NCBI GenBank assembly: GCA_013265495.1
Contig: MU057651.1
Location: 434,001 to 498,000, forward strand
Length of the DNA stretch: 64,000 bases
Reading direction: 5' to 3'
Source: Vicugna vicugna
Taxonomy: Eukaryota
The first letter of the stretch is position 1. Each line of letters opens with the position of its first letter. The notes below the pieces were generated by a model, which saw only the letters and a program-made list of their open reading frames with translations, did no database searches and was not told the origin of the DNA. Shown here piece by piece: positions 10,531-24,679 of this stretch. The position numbers were made by a program, and so were the translations under genes.

Positions 10531-13293
10531 AACATATAAATATGTGGATTGAATTAGGAGATACAGATTAATTTAAGAGATAACTGGGAAAGCCTGGAGA
10601 GCCACATGGTGGTGGTGAAAGGATGGTTCCATCAAAAGGGAAGGAAACATTGAAACAAGAGATACAGGACAGGAATTGGGATTCTTCCTAAAAATTTCAA
10701 CTCTCCATAAACCCATTTCTACTCTCTTGAATCCAATTGCCAATAATTCCAACTATTACCAAGTTGTTCAACATTAGATTCATAGCTTGGAACAACAGCC
10801 AGGAAATACTTGAATTCAGTGAACAAAGACAGCGAGGTCCCCTAAGATAAAACAATCATGGCATAATTAATAAAGCATAAGGCTTGGCACTCTCCCATGT
10901 TTCTGGAAGCTCTTTAAATTAAATCAAGCCACTTGGACCATTTGTTGCTTTCTACAGAGAGCTGCAGGACCTGAAGCCTGAGAAAAATAGATTTTTTTTT
11001 CATTGAAATGGAGACTATGGTTTTGGAAGAGGTGATGTTAAAACCACAATTATCTCATATAGCCTTGTGGCCAAAGCTCCAAAGCCACAGAGGGAGAACC
11101 CCTGTCTCTCCACGTGTGGCTTTCCATGAACCCACTGTAACTTTAATAGTTTGGCATGGAACAGTTGAAGCATAAATAGTAGGGCCATTTCAATAAATCT
11201 GTTTTAAAAAACAGAAGTGGCAGGGTCTGGGACCTAGAACCTCTGTTCCTAGGGCTGAGCTCATGCTAGCTGAACACACAAGTAGTAGAGTTTTAAACAT
11301 AGTAAATAAAGATCTCTTTTCCCACCCTCGAACTTGTGGCTTGAAATGCCTTGGAAGGAAAAATAGCATATTTAGCTATTATCAATGTTTATATCTTGCT
11401 ATGAATAAAGAGTCTTAGGAGTGGGGCGTGATGGTTTGGCCAACTCAGGAAAAGAATGACTCACCACCGGGGGAAGGGAATGACAGTTAGGAATTTTGGG
11501 GCTAAGCAAACAGACTGGTCTTTTTCTCAATTTTGCTTTAGGCTTGCCCTGTCTGGAACTGTGACCAGCAATTCCTGGGCTTGAAAATGTAAATTGAGAT
11601 AGGGTTATTACTGGGACCCAGTATTGTGAATCTGCCTCAAAGGGCCACTGAGTACCCTACTACACAGCACATTGTAATTTGTCACTCCCTTAAGCCCCTT
11701 TAGTGCCAGAGAAACCCAGGACAAAGGAAAGACTACAAGAAAACAAAGGAAGTAGGCATTCAGTAGAGTTATTAAATATGTATTTCACAGCAAAGAATTC
11801 TCTCTATTGGATGCCAATTGGAGATAGTCCAGCATTTGGCCACTGAGTGACCTTGGGTACAATAAAACTCCAATTTTCAAAAAAGCATTGTGATTGAACT
11901 CATCTTGCCCTTTAGAGGACAGTGGGTTATTTACAAGGCATAATGATATCCTGCAATGTTCCCTTTCCCACTAAGAAGATATTTTATCGTCTCTCCAGAT
12001 TTCACACCAGGGTCAGTCTCACTTGGCTCTGTTTTCTTTGTGTCTGCAGATCTCAAATTGTCAGGGAACATCTTGTCAGGAAGAGGCCAGATGGGCAGGC
12101 AGGGAAGTGATCCAGCCCCTGAGGAAATAAAGTGCTCAACCTATCTCCACTCCCTCAGGGCACTGGAGTGAAGGGCCAGACAGACAGTGATGCAGGAGGA
12201 GGCACCTCCAGTTTAGCTCTGAGCTGCAGAGACCTGGGCCACACGAGCATTTTTGGAGTGTAGGGAGCAGGAAATTCAAATTTCCCTGTTGTAAGCTAAC
12301 ATGATGAAATCTGATACCATCCTCTCTATGCTCTGGAAATGAACTCAGTCCTCTCTTGGAACTGGGGTCTCAGAGCCTCACAACGCAATTTTCACTCCCC
12401 ATATCGTGTAGGAGGCAAAATGAAATACTGAGGGTGGAGGCATGGCTAGTGAAACATGGTCTAATTAAGGGCTCAGTTTGAGAGGAGTTCTTACTATTTT
12501 TACATTTTGATCCCTGAGAGATTTTTTCTTTTTTCTTTCTGGAGATTATATGGTAAATAAATTTTAGACTAAATCACTCCAGAGTCATCTTGGCACCTAG
12601 CACGGTGTTTGACATGTGGTGCTCAGTAAATGTTTCTTTAAACAGTAAGCATGACTGCTGGCATTAATGTCTCTTTCTTGCTTTGGAATATAAGCATAGG
12701 GGACTCTGTCTCGTGACCTCATCAGGCAGATGCCATCCCTTCCATGGCCTATGTCTGTCCTGTGAATTGATTATGCCCTGGGAGCCTGGACAATGTCTAC
12801 ATAAGACAGACAGGAAGAGGGAAGCATTGTTAGCCAAGCAACCACACTTTTGGTTGTTCTGAGAGCTGATCCTGGGGTGAGATCTAGTTGGCTTCTTCTT
12901 CTTGGCCTTGGCCCTTAGCCCGGTAGCTTTGACCCACAGCTGTGTCCCTGGACTGATTACTTTCTAGTCTTATTGGGTTTCCTGATTACTGTCCCTGTTC
13001 CCTGACCCATGATTTGAACATTAGTCCACAGATGTCAGGGGAGGAGGCTTGGCTTTTACTGTCTAATTGCTTTAGTGATGATAACTCAGGGTACAGTTCC
13101 AGGTTAAGGAATCCCATGTCAGCTTACCTAGAAAAAGAGCTGTCAGAAAGCAAGGTCAGATTATCAAGGCCAGAGCTGAGATCCACAGGCTAAGATCTGA
13201 GAGAACAGAGACAACATACTGGCATAAAGTTTGGAAACATGGGATAGGTTATGAAGAGTCATAACGTAACATTATGCTAATGACGTATTCAAT

Positions 13294-13500
13294 CACTGGT
13301 TCTCAGCCAGAGGCAGTTTTGACAGGGGGCATTTAATAATGTCCAGACCTATTTTTGCTTGTCACAACTGGGGGAGTGCTACTGTCATTTAGTGGATTGA
13401 GGAGGCCTGGGATGCTGCTAAGCATTGTACAGTGCACAGGACAGCACCCACAACAAAAAATTATCCAACTCAAAATGTCTGTATTAAAGACTCAAGAAAC
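13294..13500 (+). mobile_element. MER20 DNA transposon
   Basis: ggttctcagccagaggcagttttg...gggatgctgctaagcatt...gcacaggacagcacccacaacaaa. Confidence 0.75.
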
Positions 13501-13649
13501 AAGCGATAGATCACAGCTGTATGAAATATGCAAATTAGAAAAAGACTGGCAGGATACAATCATAGTTATAATAGGGGACGGTCTGGGTGACAGGATATTG
13601 CATCTTTTTCTCTGGTTTATACATTTTCTAATGTAACTATGTGGCCTTT

Positions 13650-14300
13650 ACATTTTTAAATTAATTTTTAATTATATAAATAATATGTGAACACATTCTG
13701 CTTGTAAAATATTACAGTATTACAGATAAGACTGAAGACGTCTTTGACCAACCTGTCATCTTCCACCTCAGGCCCCTTCCCAGAGATAACCAGTTTGGGG
13801 AATATGACTTTTCAGAGCTTTACATGTTTACACCTATATTATGTGCAACTATGGAAATGTAGATACTATCTCATTGCTTTGTATAGGTTCATAGTATTCT
13901 GTAGTTTATCTATTTCCCTGCTAGTGAACATTTAGTTTGCTTTCAGTCTGGGACTATTATGACAAATGCTGCATTGTACATGCCTCCTTGAACATGCTTG
14001 CCAGGGTTTCCAAAAGTGGCTAAGGGGATGAAAATTACTGGGTTATGAAAAAAACACATTTAAAATTTTATCAACTACTACCAGTTGCCTTTCAGAGTCC
14101 ACAAATTTAATTTCCTGAAAACCTCAGCAACACTTGATACTTACTTTCTTTTTCATATTTGCCAATCAGATGGTTGAGAAATAGTATCTTGCTTTTGTTT
14201 TAATTTGCATTTCCCTGTTACTGATGAGATTGAGCACCTCTTCATGTATTTGTTGAACCTGTCATATAGTCTCTTCAGTGTTCACATCCCTTGATCACTT
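13650..14300 (-). mobile_element. Ancient L1 (L1ME-like) fragment
   Basis: gccaatcagatggttgagaaatagtatctt...ttaatttgcatttccctgttactgatgagattgagcacctcttcatgtatttgttg. Confidence 0.7.
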
Positions 14301-15062
14301 TTGTACTATAGGACCTTTCCAATAGTCTTTTTAAAGCAGAAGAGAGAAGGATCAAGTTGTATAAAAACATAGAAGTCAGTCTACCCAGTGTCTTGTCTGT
14401 CCTTCCTACCTAAGACGGATCCTGAGTCCGACCCAGACCAAAATGACCCTTTCTAGTCATTATTGAGAACCCAAGAAAGCAGCTATATTAGGAAACAAAT
14501 TAGCCCAGCCCATTCTCACCACTGTTTCGTATTTCCCTGGATTGGGAGCCTTTGCTATGCCAGCATCTTGACGCTGAATAGCCAGCAGGTACTGCCAGTC
14601 AGATTCGCTCTAGTCAAATACAAATCTGATATGTGATGAAGCATAAAGGTCCATGAAAGGCAGCGTGTGAACTGAATGTATCTGCTGCCCGTGCAAATGG
14701 CAATTAGGACCATTAAATTTCAGTTAATCTTCATTAAGAACATCTGTTGTCTAGCCCATATGAAAAAACCAAAGATGGGGTTGGGTGATTGTGACCTCTA
14801 CAAGTAAGTAGTTGTATCAAATAGTTTCCTGCCCCTCAGGCATAAACTGTAAGAGATGTGGCAAGGAAAAGTAATAACGTGATATATAGTGGCTAAGGAA
14901 TAAAACTAGATGGAAGACTTCTTCAAGACTCTTAGGGATTATTTGAAACCAAAGTGCTTGTAAGCCATGGCCCTTTGTGGTGAAGAAGATGGTTGATTTA
15001 GTCCTAGTGAATTTCAGAATCACAAGAAGGGGGTTTGAAAGACTCAACCAAAACTGGACCTT

Positions 15063-15182
15063 GGAAAAAGAATATGTAAAGGAATATATATATATATATA
15101 TAGGACTGAAACATTATGCTGTGCACCAGAAATTGATACAACATTGTAAACTGACTATACTTCAATTAAAAAAAAAAAGAAA
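15063..15182 (+). mobile_element. Short lineage-specific L1 3' end with poly(A)
   Basis: gactgaaacattatgctgtgcaccagaaattgatacaacattgtaaactgactatacttcaattaaaaaa; degenerate TSD aaaactggacctt / aaaacctgacctt. Confidence 0.8.
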
Positions 15183-15599
15183 AAAACCTGACCTTTGGCC
15201 TTTCTGGTCCCCTCTGGCTCTTTTGGTTGCTCTATCCCATATACCCTCCTACTCTGTCCCCTGGAACCCTCATCTCTGCTGGAAGACTGTAGGTATAAAA
15301 CATTTCAAAACACTGCTGCCAACATGTTGCTTGACTGTATCCTTCTGCCTCACAAGTGCAGGACATCATCTGCCTTATCACTCTCCCAGTTGGCTTGTAT
15401 CTCTGATGGAGCAGACTATTCTCACCAGTTCCCGAAGAGGTATTAGGGGAAGGGCAAGGACTTTTGCACCTTTGTCTGAGTTTAGGCAGGTTAAGCTCTT
15501 CCTATCAACTACTACAGTGATGGTTGTGTTTTCTAAGTCAGTGGGGGGTCAGGTTGGGCAGTAGATAGGTAGACAAGTAGTCTAAATTGTGTTCCTTTG

Positions 15600-15805
15600 A
15601 ATACGCATCATGTGTCTTATCTTGGTAGCCTTACCACAGTTGTAATTTTCCATTTGTTTGGGTGACTATTTGGTCATTATCAGTCTTCACTATCAGTCTG
15701 TAAGCAACGTGGGTGTCAGAACCATGTCTATTTTTGTTCATCAGTATATCCCAGCACTTAGCATGATGTCTGCCACATAGGTGCTAAATAGAATTTGTTG
15801 ACTAA
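15600..15805 (+). mobile_element. L2 3' end
   Basis: cccagcacttagcatgatgtctgccacataggtgctaaatagaatttgttga. Confidence 0.65.
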
Positions 15806-17355
15806 AAACCCAAACAGTTATGGCTCTGATATTCTTAGAATGAAGGAAAACCAGATATTCAGGCAGGAGTCTGGGGAGAGGCATTTGTGAGGGGTAGGAT
15901 CTTACCTTTTCTCTACTCTCACCCCAGGGAGACATCTCATCCTGGAGTCCACCTTTGTATAAGGCTGTCCCCAGCCACAGCCATCCCCTGAACCTGTCAA
16001 CAGTGCTTTCACCTAGGAAGATTGTTAGTGATCAAAAATGAAGCCTACCTTTGATAGTTTACTATTTTCCTGTGATCTCAAAGCCACTGTCTTCTCCAGG
16101 GCAGATGCTCATTAACAGGCACAAGCCCATCTTGCTCTTTGGGGCCTAGAGATAAAATTGTGCCAGCAAGTTGTGGAGCTGAGATGGTGGGGGAAATGAA
16201 TAGCTTAGGGACTGTATTTCCATTAAATTTGAAACAAGGACATTCTGGTACATTTCTGGTATCATAATTGCTCCTGGAATCTGCCAATATGTCACTCACT
16301 ACCTCTCAAAGAGAATTGACATGGAAGGAGAAAAGGATGAAGGGTGATGCAAAGATGCTGGAAATGGAACAAATATGGCATTTTGAATAAACTTTGACTC
16401 AAACTTTAATTCTAGAGAATTCTTATGAACTGAAGTAGTGATGCTTTCTTCACCTCTTCTCATCCATCCCATTTTACCTCTTCAAACCCTGCTCTTTTTT
16501 CACAATCCTTCTCTTGACCTCTTCTCTATCTCCCTGAATTCTTGTAAAGCCTGTCTTGTATTTCTGCCTATTGACAGCAAAAATAAGATTTTAATTGAAT
16601 CCCCAGCCTCTCCCATATGACCCAGGATCCTGATGCAGAAATCAGGAGCAAGATGAAAACATGAATTTTTTTTTTTTACCATATCAGCTCCACAGTTGCC
16701 ACTAACTGGAAAAGCTCTTATTCATAAAACCCAGAGATTTCCAGGGAGACCATTGCTAATCCCATAAACTCAAGACATAGATAAAGCAGTTGGCTTGGGT
16801 ATCACTAATTTCATTTTCATGCTTATGTTTGCCATCATTCATTGAAGGACAAAAACAAGTCAGCTATGATGAGGGTAAACCCTGGATTAGCATTGTATAT
16901 TGTAGCTGTAAATTTTACTGTAAATGAAACGTACAAATGATTTAAAGCCAGTTACAGAGGAAACAAGAATCTTCAAATGAGCCTTTGATGGAAAATAACT
17001 TGTTTTTTTCTTTAGTTGGGTATTTGGGATTGGTTTATTTTTCACTTTTTATAAGGAGATAGTTCCCAATAGGCCTGAAGATTGGATGTATAATAACAGT
17101 TTAGGAGCTCAAGTGAAATTAATAAAACCAAACTTCAAAATGTGTTAAAATGAAAGTAAGAGTTGGAAGTCTAGCTATTTTAAAGATACTGACAATTTTT
17201 CCCTCTTAGAAGCACAGAACTTTTTAGGGCCAAAGAGTAAACCTTATGAAGTTACCCAGTCTTACCTCCCATGTAAAATAAAAACTCCTCTTACCAGTGA
17301 TTCTTTAAACTCTGAACATCCCTGGAGCAGGAAACTCAGTTTTTTTATTGTCTTT

Positions 17356-17358
<3 letters not shown>

Positions 17359-17404
<46 letters not shown>
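17359..17404 (+). repeat. (AC)23 microsatellite
   Basis: Perfect AC dinucleotide run. Confidence 0.97.
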
Positions 17405-17406
<2 letters not shown>

Positions 17407-17568
17407 TATTAGTCCACTATCATTTTTAGATGATTCAAGAAATCCAAAAGCATATAGAGCATATGTGAAAAGTCTTCTCTTCTCCCCTTCTCCACTCCCT
17501 CCTTCTCCCTCCAGAAGTGGTCACTGTTCAGTGTGTATCCTTCTAGCCCTTTTAAAATACGTTTATAT

Positions 17569-17782
17569 CAGTGGTTCTCAACAAAGAGTGATATTGTCCC
17601 CCTGGGGACATTTGGCAGTGTCTGGAAGCATTTTGGGTTGTCACAGCTGGGCGTAGGATGCTACTGGCACCTAGTGGGTAGAAGCCAGGGATGCTCAACA
17701 TCCCACAATGCACAGGAAAGCTCCTCACAGATAAGAATTATCTGGCCCCAAATGTCAATAGTGCCAAGGTTGAGAAACCCTG
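17569..17782 (+). mobile_element. MER20 nested in an old L1
   Basis: cagtggttctcaac...ggggacatttggcagtgtctgga...ccaaatgtcaatagtgccaaggttgagaaaccctg. Confidence 0.85.
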
Positions 17783-17799
17783 ATTTATACGTAAACCTG

Positions 17800-18470
17800 A
17801 AGACGGAGATTATAACTTTTAGAAAGAAATAGGATCACATAATCTTCATTTTCCTGTGATCTGCCTTTGCACCATTTGGAGCTCTTTCTATATAAGTACG
17901 TATATTTCCACTGCATTCTTTTTAACAGCTGCATGGTATTCTCTAGTATGGATATATTGTAGTTTATTAAATGACCCCCTATTGGTGGATATTTAGGTTG
18001 GTTCCAATTTTTACAGTTACATACAATACTGCAATAAACATCTTTGTACATATATCACCTGTTAGATAAATTCCTAGAAGGAGACATACCAGACCAAAAA
18101 TTATATGCAATTTCAGCTTTGATCATTCTGCCTAATTTCCCTCCCAAAAGGCTTTATAAATGTATACTTCTATTCACAGTATTTGCTGTTTTCTCATACT
18201 TTCAGCAACACTTTTATCAATCTCTTAGATTTTTACCAGATGGGTAAAAAATAATATATAATTACTGCTTTAATTTGAGTTGCCCTGATACTATCAAGAT
18301 TGAGTCAGCATAACTTTTGTCATTTAAAATTAATTAATTAGTTAATTGAAGAATTACCTGTTTATTTACTTTGCCCATTTTTCTATTGGATTCTTTGTTC
18401 TTTTTTTAAAAAAAATTATGTGATATATTTTAGAAGGTAATCCTTTGTTAAATATATTGCAGTGTTAGAG
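17800..18470 (-). mobile_element. Ancient L1 (L1ME-like) fragment
   Basis: ttggtggatatttaggttggttccaatttt...gcaataaacatctttgtaca...tttgcccatttttctattgg. Confidence 0.7.
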
Positions 18471-19639
18471 CTAGTTTTAAAATATTCTTTTTGCAATGGA
18501 ATCCTTTTATAAATGAAGTCTTAGTCAGAATCCTAATCCTTAAAACAGTTAAGAGTGAAGTTTCTCTTGTTGAAATGAAAGGAAAGTGAGAGGTTATAGA
18601 ACCTTTATCATTTCAACTTCCTTCTTGCTCCTCAAGGTAGCCCAAGAAGAATCCTGAGGATCTGAAGAATATAGTTTGAAAACCACAAATTGAGTCCAAC
18701 TCCTCCAGAAACAATGTGGCCCCAAGAGGGGAAGTGACTTACTGAGGTCACACAGTTTCTTCCAAAACTGATAGAACTAAACTTTGGTCTCCTAACTTCC
18801 ATTCCAGAGATATTTTCACAATGTAATACTATTTCTCACTGTTAACACCCCCTCACCTTAATGACCCATACTAAGCCTGGGGGCAACTAAAATCCTAGGA
18901 CCATTGTTAGTATCTGTTTTGTTTCATCTTTTACAGTTGAATTTTGAAATCTAAAGATGGAACTGTGTATCTATCAAATGTATTAAATATAATCTCTCCT
19001 AGAACTCAAAGAAACATTAAAAATCTTTTGTTTTGGCCCATCAGTCTTGCTTTTTAAAAACTTTCTAAATCTTGAATCTGTCATCCAACATCAATTTCTT
19101 TTGGGAAGGCTGTTCAAGTAAGATTATAGCTCATTGTACTGATATTCAACTCTCAGTTCTTCAATTGGCCAACAAATGTATAACCAAGACCTAACTTCAA
19201 AAGCTTCAGGCTCACATTTTATTTTTAGGGCATTTCTCTTCCTTTACCTGGAGAATTCCTATACATCTATTGAGACCCATTTCACATGTCACCTCCTCTG
19301 TAAAGTGTTACTAAGTCCCCATTCCTCATCCTTGAGGCAATATTGACAGGTCCCATTTCTGTACAATAGAGTTTTAATAACTAATATACTTCCTCTGCTA
19401 TTTTATGAAATCCTTAAGAGTCTTATGTATTCTTTGCATCCCCAGGACCTGAGCCTAGGATGTCAGGTGGACTATGGTGACTGCCTACTGAGTAGGACTG
19501 CGAGGTTGGGTAGGACTCAGTGGCAAAGAACATTTTGTGAAGAGTTAATGATTTCTGCCATGGGCTCAGGAAGAGGCAAGTAACCCTGGCCCAAAGCATA
19601 GTCAGTACTCAAAATATGTTTTTAAATGTATTTTTGCAC

Positions 19640-19915
19640 CCCCACCCTGAGATGTCTAGTAACTTTATCAAAAGAAAAGTAAGCTGTGCATGGCTTTTGT
19701 CAACCCTTGTTTGTGTCTACTAATTATAATTTCTCTTGAGTGTTCACAAACAATATTCTAGTAACCCTTTTTAGATATTTTTTCTGGGTATCACTATCAA
19801 GTTAATTATTGGTTTATATTTTCTGAGATATACTTCTTCCCTTTTTCAAAAAGTAGGACAACATTTCCTTGTCTTTAGCATTCTGGCACCTCTTCCATTT
19901 TCCAAGAACTTTCCA
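19640..19915 (-). mobile_element. L3/CR1 LINE fragment
   Basis: cttccctttttcaaaaagtaggacaacatttccttgtct...tctggcacctcttccatt resembles antisense CR1 ORF2. Confidence 0.55.
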
Positions 19916-22559
19916 GGTGGTTGTGACTCATTTGGAGAAAATGGTCCCTTTCACTCGGACCTTTCAACAGCATTGTTTGTAATGGTCAGGGGCCATGACT
20001 AGGAGAGCTGTTTCTTGGAAAAAGTCTATTTGAATTGGGCAAATCAGAGGCTGAAGTCAGGATAGCCAATAAATGTGTTATTGACAGAGGCCTGGCCTAG
20101 AAAGGCAGCCAAGTCTAGGGAGGCAGTTTTCTCTGAACCATGGCCCAGCAAGCATTTCGGATGGCTCTTCCTGTCTCTCTTCCCTTCCCCTTCTCTTGGC
20201 TCCATGTTCTCCTCTTGCTGTAGTTTGTCTTCTCTGAGCTGAATTTGGATGGCTAAAGTGTAACCTCAGCACAAAAATGACCAGAAGAATGCACATCTGC
20301 CCTTGAGTTCTGAATGAGGACCTAGGTCAGTGACTATTAGTGACAGAGATAATAAACAAAACAGGAAACAATTTCAAGAAATCGAAGATATTAGGTTAAT
20401 AATAGATAGACTTCGCCTGTATATATGTGCAAAAGAGAGGATATCAGCTATGTAAACACATAACAAGTACAGTAACGTGACAATTCATTAGGACACTAAA
20501 AGCAACAGATTTTTTTTTAACTTACCATGTGCCCAATCCTGTGCGAGACACTGGGAGGATGCAAAGACATGATCCTAAAGCTGTTGCAATGATTTTTAAA
20601 AATCTTCTATCTAACAAGAGAATGACAAATAGCCAAAATCTGGTGTTTGGGGTGTTTTTTTTTTTTAAAGCCTTTTCTTTAACAAGATTGGAACCAAAAT
20701 ATAAGTGAATTTTTTTAAAAGGCTAACCTTCAATGACCAGAAAATGAAATTCATCTAAACTCTCTGTTCCAACTATGTGTTAGTTAAATGACCCTTGATC
20801 TATGATACATGCAAAAAAAAATGAGATTGAAATGATCGCATCTTGTCTCCCCACCCGATGCTATGGGTTGCTCTGTAGAAGCTGCAACAAGCCTAGATTT
20901 TATTGGGACTGGGAAATCTCATGCAGGTTCAGTCCAGCTAAGGTTCTTGTTCCTTCAGTGTGTATCTTACCACTTATTTGGGTAAGAGGTACAGTGAGAA
21001 GTGGGCCTTCAGCCCTCCAAGGGGTTGTGTCCTATTGCTAAAAAGCCTGACTCCTGATCCCACAAGCCCATGCAGGGGATGAATGTAAACAAGAGCTGCT
21101 TTGCTCTCAGTGGAAAGGTTTGAGTTGAGTTCCTTCCAGGCGATCACACTGGCTGCCATTTTATACAGTCTATTTCTGTCTTCCTGTACACATCCCTCAA
21201 TTTGCATTCCTGCTTAAACTTGCCACTAGTCCTGCCTCTCTGTGTGGGAGGTGGAATGGATTTGAAGAGGGGGAAAGAAAGGCCTTTTTGTGAGGAGGGG
21301 GAGAATACAGGACTTTCACTAGTTGCTCCTCCTGGATGTCTTCAGAGAAGCATTTTGTCTCCTGGCCTCCTTGAGGGCTATCACAGAAGCTCTCATTTAG
21401 CACAGAGATCAGCCTTACTTCTTTGTGTATTTAGCTTGTAGCTGAGTTTGAACCCATTTGGCTCATTAAAAGATGATGATTGGCATAATGGGAAGATAAA
21501 TGGCTAGGAGAAGGTGGAAACAGAACTTAAAACATGGTTTACATGAAGAGAGTGATTTGAAGGGGCCATCAAAGGCCCTCAGATATCTTTCACCAAATTT
21601 TAAGGGACATGAGATGTCCACTATTAGAGCTTTGTCCCTTAAGGTTCAGTTATGGTCTCCTCTCTAGGCCTTACCTCCAACCCTAGGCAGGATGCAGATT
21701 AAGCTATGAACACTCTAGCATGATATAGCTTATCAGAAATTTGCAGTCTGCTGATCCTTTCCCAGCAACCAGTTGGTGCTCCTTGCCAATACATTTGACT
21801 TGGATGATTTCCCCCATTCTTAAGGGAAACTAATTTAATTGTGTAAGTTCACAATCTTAACAGGCTCAAAAAGCAATTGGTATGAGTCAAAACTTGGAAT
21901 GGCTAAGCAGTTTAGATGATTGTATAAACAAGGTCCAAAAGTCAATTTTTCAGACCATTAAATGTAGGTCAGATGCAAGGAGAGAATTAAATTGTGACAG
22001 AAGGGATTCAACCAAAAAACTCCCATCAGACTAGCAACTCCTTGAGGACGGAAGCTGTGTCATTCTTTCTGTATCCCCAACAGTTACCATGGTGGCTGAA
22101 TTCTCATGAGCACTCAATGAATGTTACTCAATAAGTAAATGAATTCAGAAGAATTTCTTGACTAAAAGATCAATTCTGGAGTGCATTATCAAATCATGTT
22201 GGGGGTGGGGTCCTTTATTATAGAGATTTTTATGAAAGAAGGTGGATACTACTATGCCCAGGATGTGGAAGTGAAGTGCTCTGTAGGGGAAGAGAAAGAC
22301 AGTGGATTTTCCTTCTAGTCCTTGGGCTCTATGAAACAGGGTGAAGATAGTTCATGTTAGAGTCTCAGTGTCGCTTTCTCTGTCTGTCTCTGCCCCTCTC
22401 CCTCTTTGTTTCTCTCTCTGTCTCCATCTCTCTTTTTTTGCCAAAACCTGATTTACTTTACCAGCTTTTCTTTGTCCCACCATATCCACCTCATTTCCAA
22501 CTTAGGTCACATATTTTGGGGGAAGTAATTAGAATAATTTGCATTCATATAGCATTGTT

Positions 22560-22750
22560 GCTTTTCAAGGCACTTTCCTAGGCACTATCTCTTTTAGTTC
22601 TAAATTGAAAAAAAAAAAACACCATGAAGCAGTCAAAGTTGTATTAGTTCCATTTTTCAGGTGAGGAGCCTGAAGTACAGAGTGTTTAAGTGACTTGCTC
22701 AGGATCACATAGCAATGTGTGACTGAACCAGAACTAGAAGCCAATCCCTT
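22560..22750 (-). mobile_element. MIR SINE
   Basis: ccatttttcaggtgaggagcctgaagtacagagtgtttaagtgacttgctcaggatcacatagc. Confidence 0.7.
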
Positions 22751-23677
22751 GGGCAGAATGTCACCCGAAGCCTCAAAGTTCAGGAATGGAGGTTTGTTAG
22801 GGAAACAACAGTTAGTCCTTCACAGTTATAGTCCTCATACTTTTTATATTTTTTCAAATTCCATCCTTATACTCCTTTCTAGGCATTTGAGGCTAACACT
22901 TGAGAAATGGCCAAATCAGACATTATCTCAACTGTGAGGTCTCAATTTAGTCTCCTTTTTTTTTTCTCTTCAGATATGAAGTGTGCACCTAACTAGATTT
23001 AAAAGTCTTGAGTAGGACATCTATCTGTCCCTGCTTAAGCCAGCTGACACAGAAATCTTCTGAAATGTATTGCCCCAGAATGCATCTTCTCTTTCTCTTA
23101 CAGCTTTCTTTGATAGTCACAGCAGGAGAACTTCTCGTATTGGCTGATACCTCATTGAGTCCTTTCCTTCCTGGGGCTGGCAACTTTCTCACACAGATTC
23201 AGAAGGCAGCAGGTCTAGTGTAATTACTGGCCCAAACCCTATTTGGTGTCCTAGGAAGGAATGAGTAAGGCAGTGTTGTACTGAAACCATGGATGAAGTT
23301 GGACCTCAGAGCCTGGGAAGGATGCCAGGACTAGAAGAGCCAAGGGCTTTGTGAAAACCAGAGGTCTAGGCAGGCTGTGAGTCATTAACCAAGAAAGCAG
23401 TTAGGAACTAGGAAATAAGCTTCTTATTGGGGTTAAAGCAAGGTCAAGGGTCAAAAACTAAATAGAAATGAGCAATAGTAACACCACCACCACCACCTCG
23501 GAAAATGAGAGAAATTCTGCTTTCCCCCAGAAGCCTGCTGAAATGGAGCTGCTGGTAGGGAATGGCTAGCCTGAAATCCATAGGTGGGAGTAAGGAAGCC
23601 ATCTGCACAGGTGGCGAGTGGAGAGTGTGGTGGTCATAGCAAAGATACTACCTTGACAATCGTGAAATATCCTAGAG

Positions 23678-23911
23678 CAGGGTTTCTCAACTGAGAAACT
23701 GAGACTATTGACATTTTGGCCCAGAGATAGTTCTTTGTTGTGGGGCGCTGTTCTGTGCATCGTCGGACATTTAGCAGCATCTCTGGCCTCTACCCACTAG
23801 ATGTCAGTAGCACCCACCCAAGTTGTCACAATCAAAAGTGTCTCCAGATATTGTCCAATGTCCCTTGGGGAATTAGGGGCAGGTAAAATGGGCCCGGGTT
23901 GAGAACCACTG
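23678..23911 (-). mobile_element. MER20 DNA transposon
   Basis: cagggtttctcaac...actattgacattttggcccaga...ggttgagaaccactg, flanked by tcctagag/ctctagaa (Charlie-type target). Confidence 0.85.
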
Positions 23912-24679
23912 CTCTAGAAGCCATGAATTGTGAAAGCTTATTAGTATTGAGCCTTCTAGGATTCACGGACTTCTAAATTATCTTTAGAGCTGGAAATCTA
24001 AGGGGGGAGGTATAGGCATCAGGTGGGAAGGTAATCTCATCCTTCCCAAATGTCCTTTCGCATCTAATGCCTGGCTCATCTCTCTCATGAGGCACTATCG
24101 CAGTTCCTAAGAACACTGAACCCTTGGAATTTTCCTCAGTTACTACTTAATTGCAAACTGAAGGGTAGATCTCTTCGTGGTTTTCATCCTTGGTTTACAT
24201 GTTAATTGGGACAGATGTGAAAATACTTTTTACTTTTAGCAACTGAGTTCCAAAAAGAAATGTTAAATTTCTCTTTCCTTTTCACCTTGAACTTTAATTT
24301 CTTCATTTCTATTTCTTTCCTACTTTCATTCAACCATATCCATATATATAGCTGATGAGGTGGGACACATAGAGAACAGAAAAAAAGAAGAAGGAGAGAT
24401 GATAGGGAACTTTGACTAGGGTCCTTTGGCAAGAACTGGGTCTAATATTCTGTGCTCTGGAAAATAGTTGCAAAGAATATTGTACCCACTTATCTTCCAA
24501 CTCAGCCTGTTTTCTTACCACCCATCATACTGACTGTTTCTTAAAAATGAAATCTCTGCACTTCTTTTCCTCATTGTTGCCCTTGTGATGGATTTTCTTG
24601 CCTGTCAGAAGTAGGAGTCTTCTGAAGGCCTGTCAGAGCAGCTTTGTGGGCCGAAACATGACATAGAAAAGACAACAGG

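Noticed and set aside
14540..14760. TAAT/ATTA-rich unique block as a possible conserved element
   Set aside because: Short AT-rich motifs are not distinguishable from background without an alignment.
14977..15564. Longest ORF (195 aa)
   Set aside because: It runs through an L1 3'UTR, a TA repeat and poly(A), with no recognisable protein.
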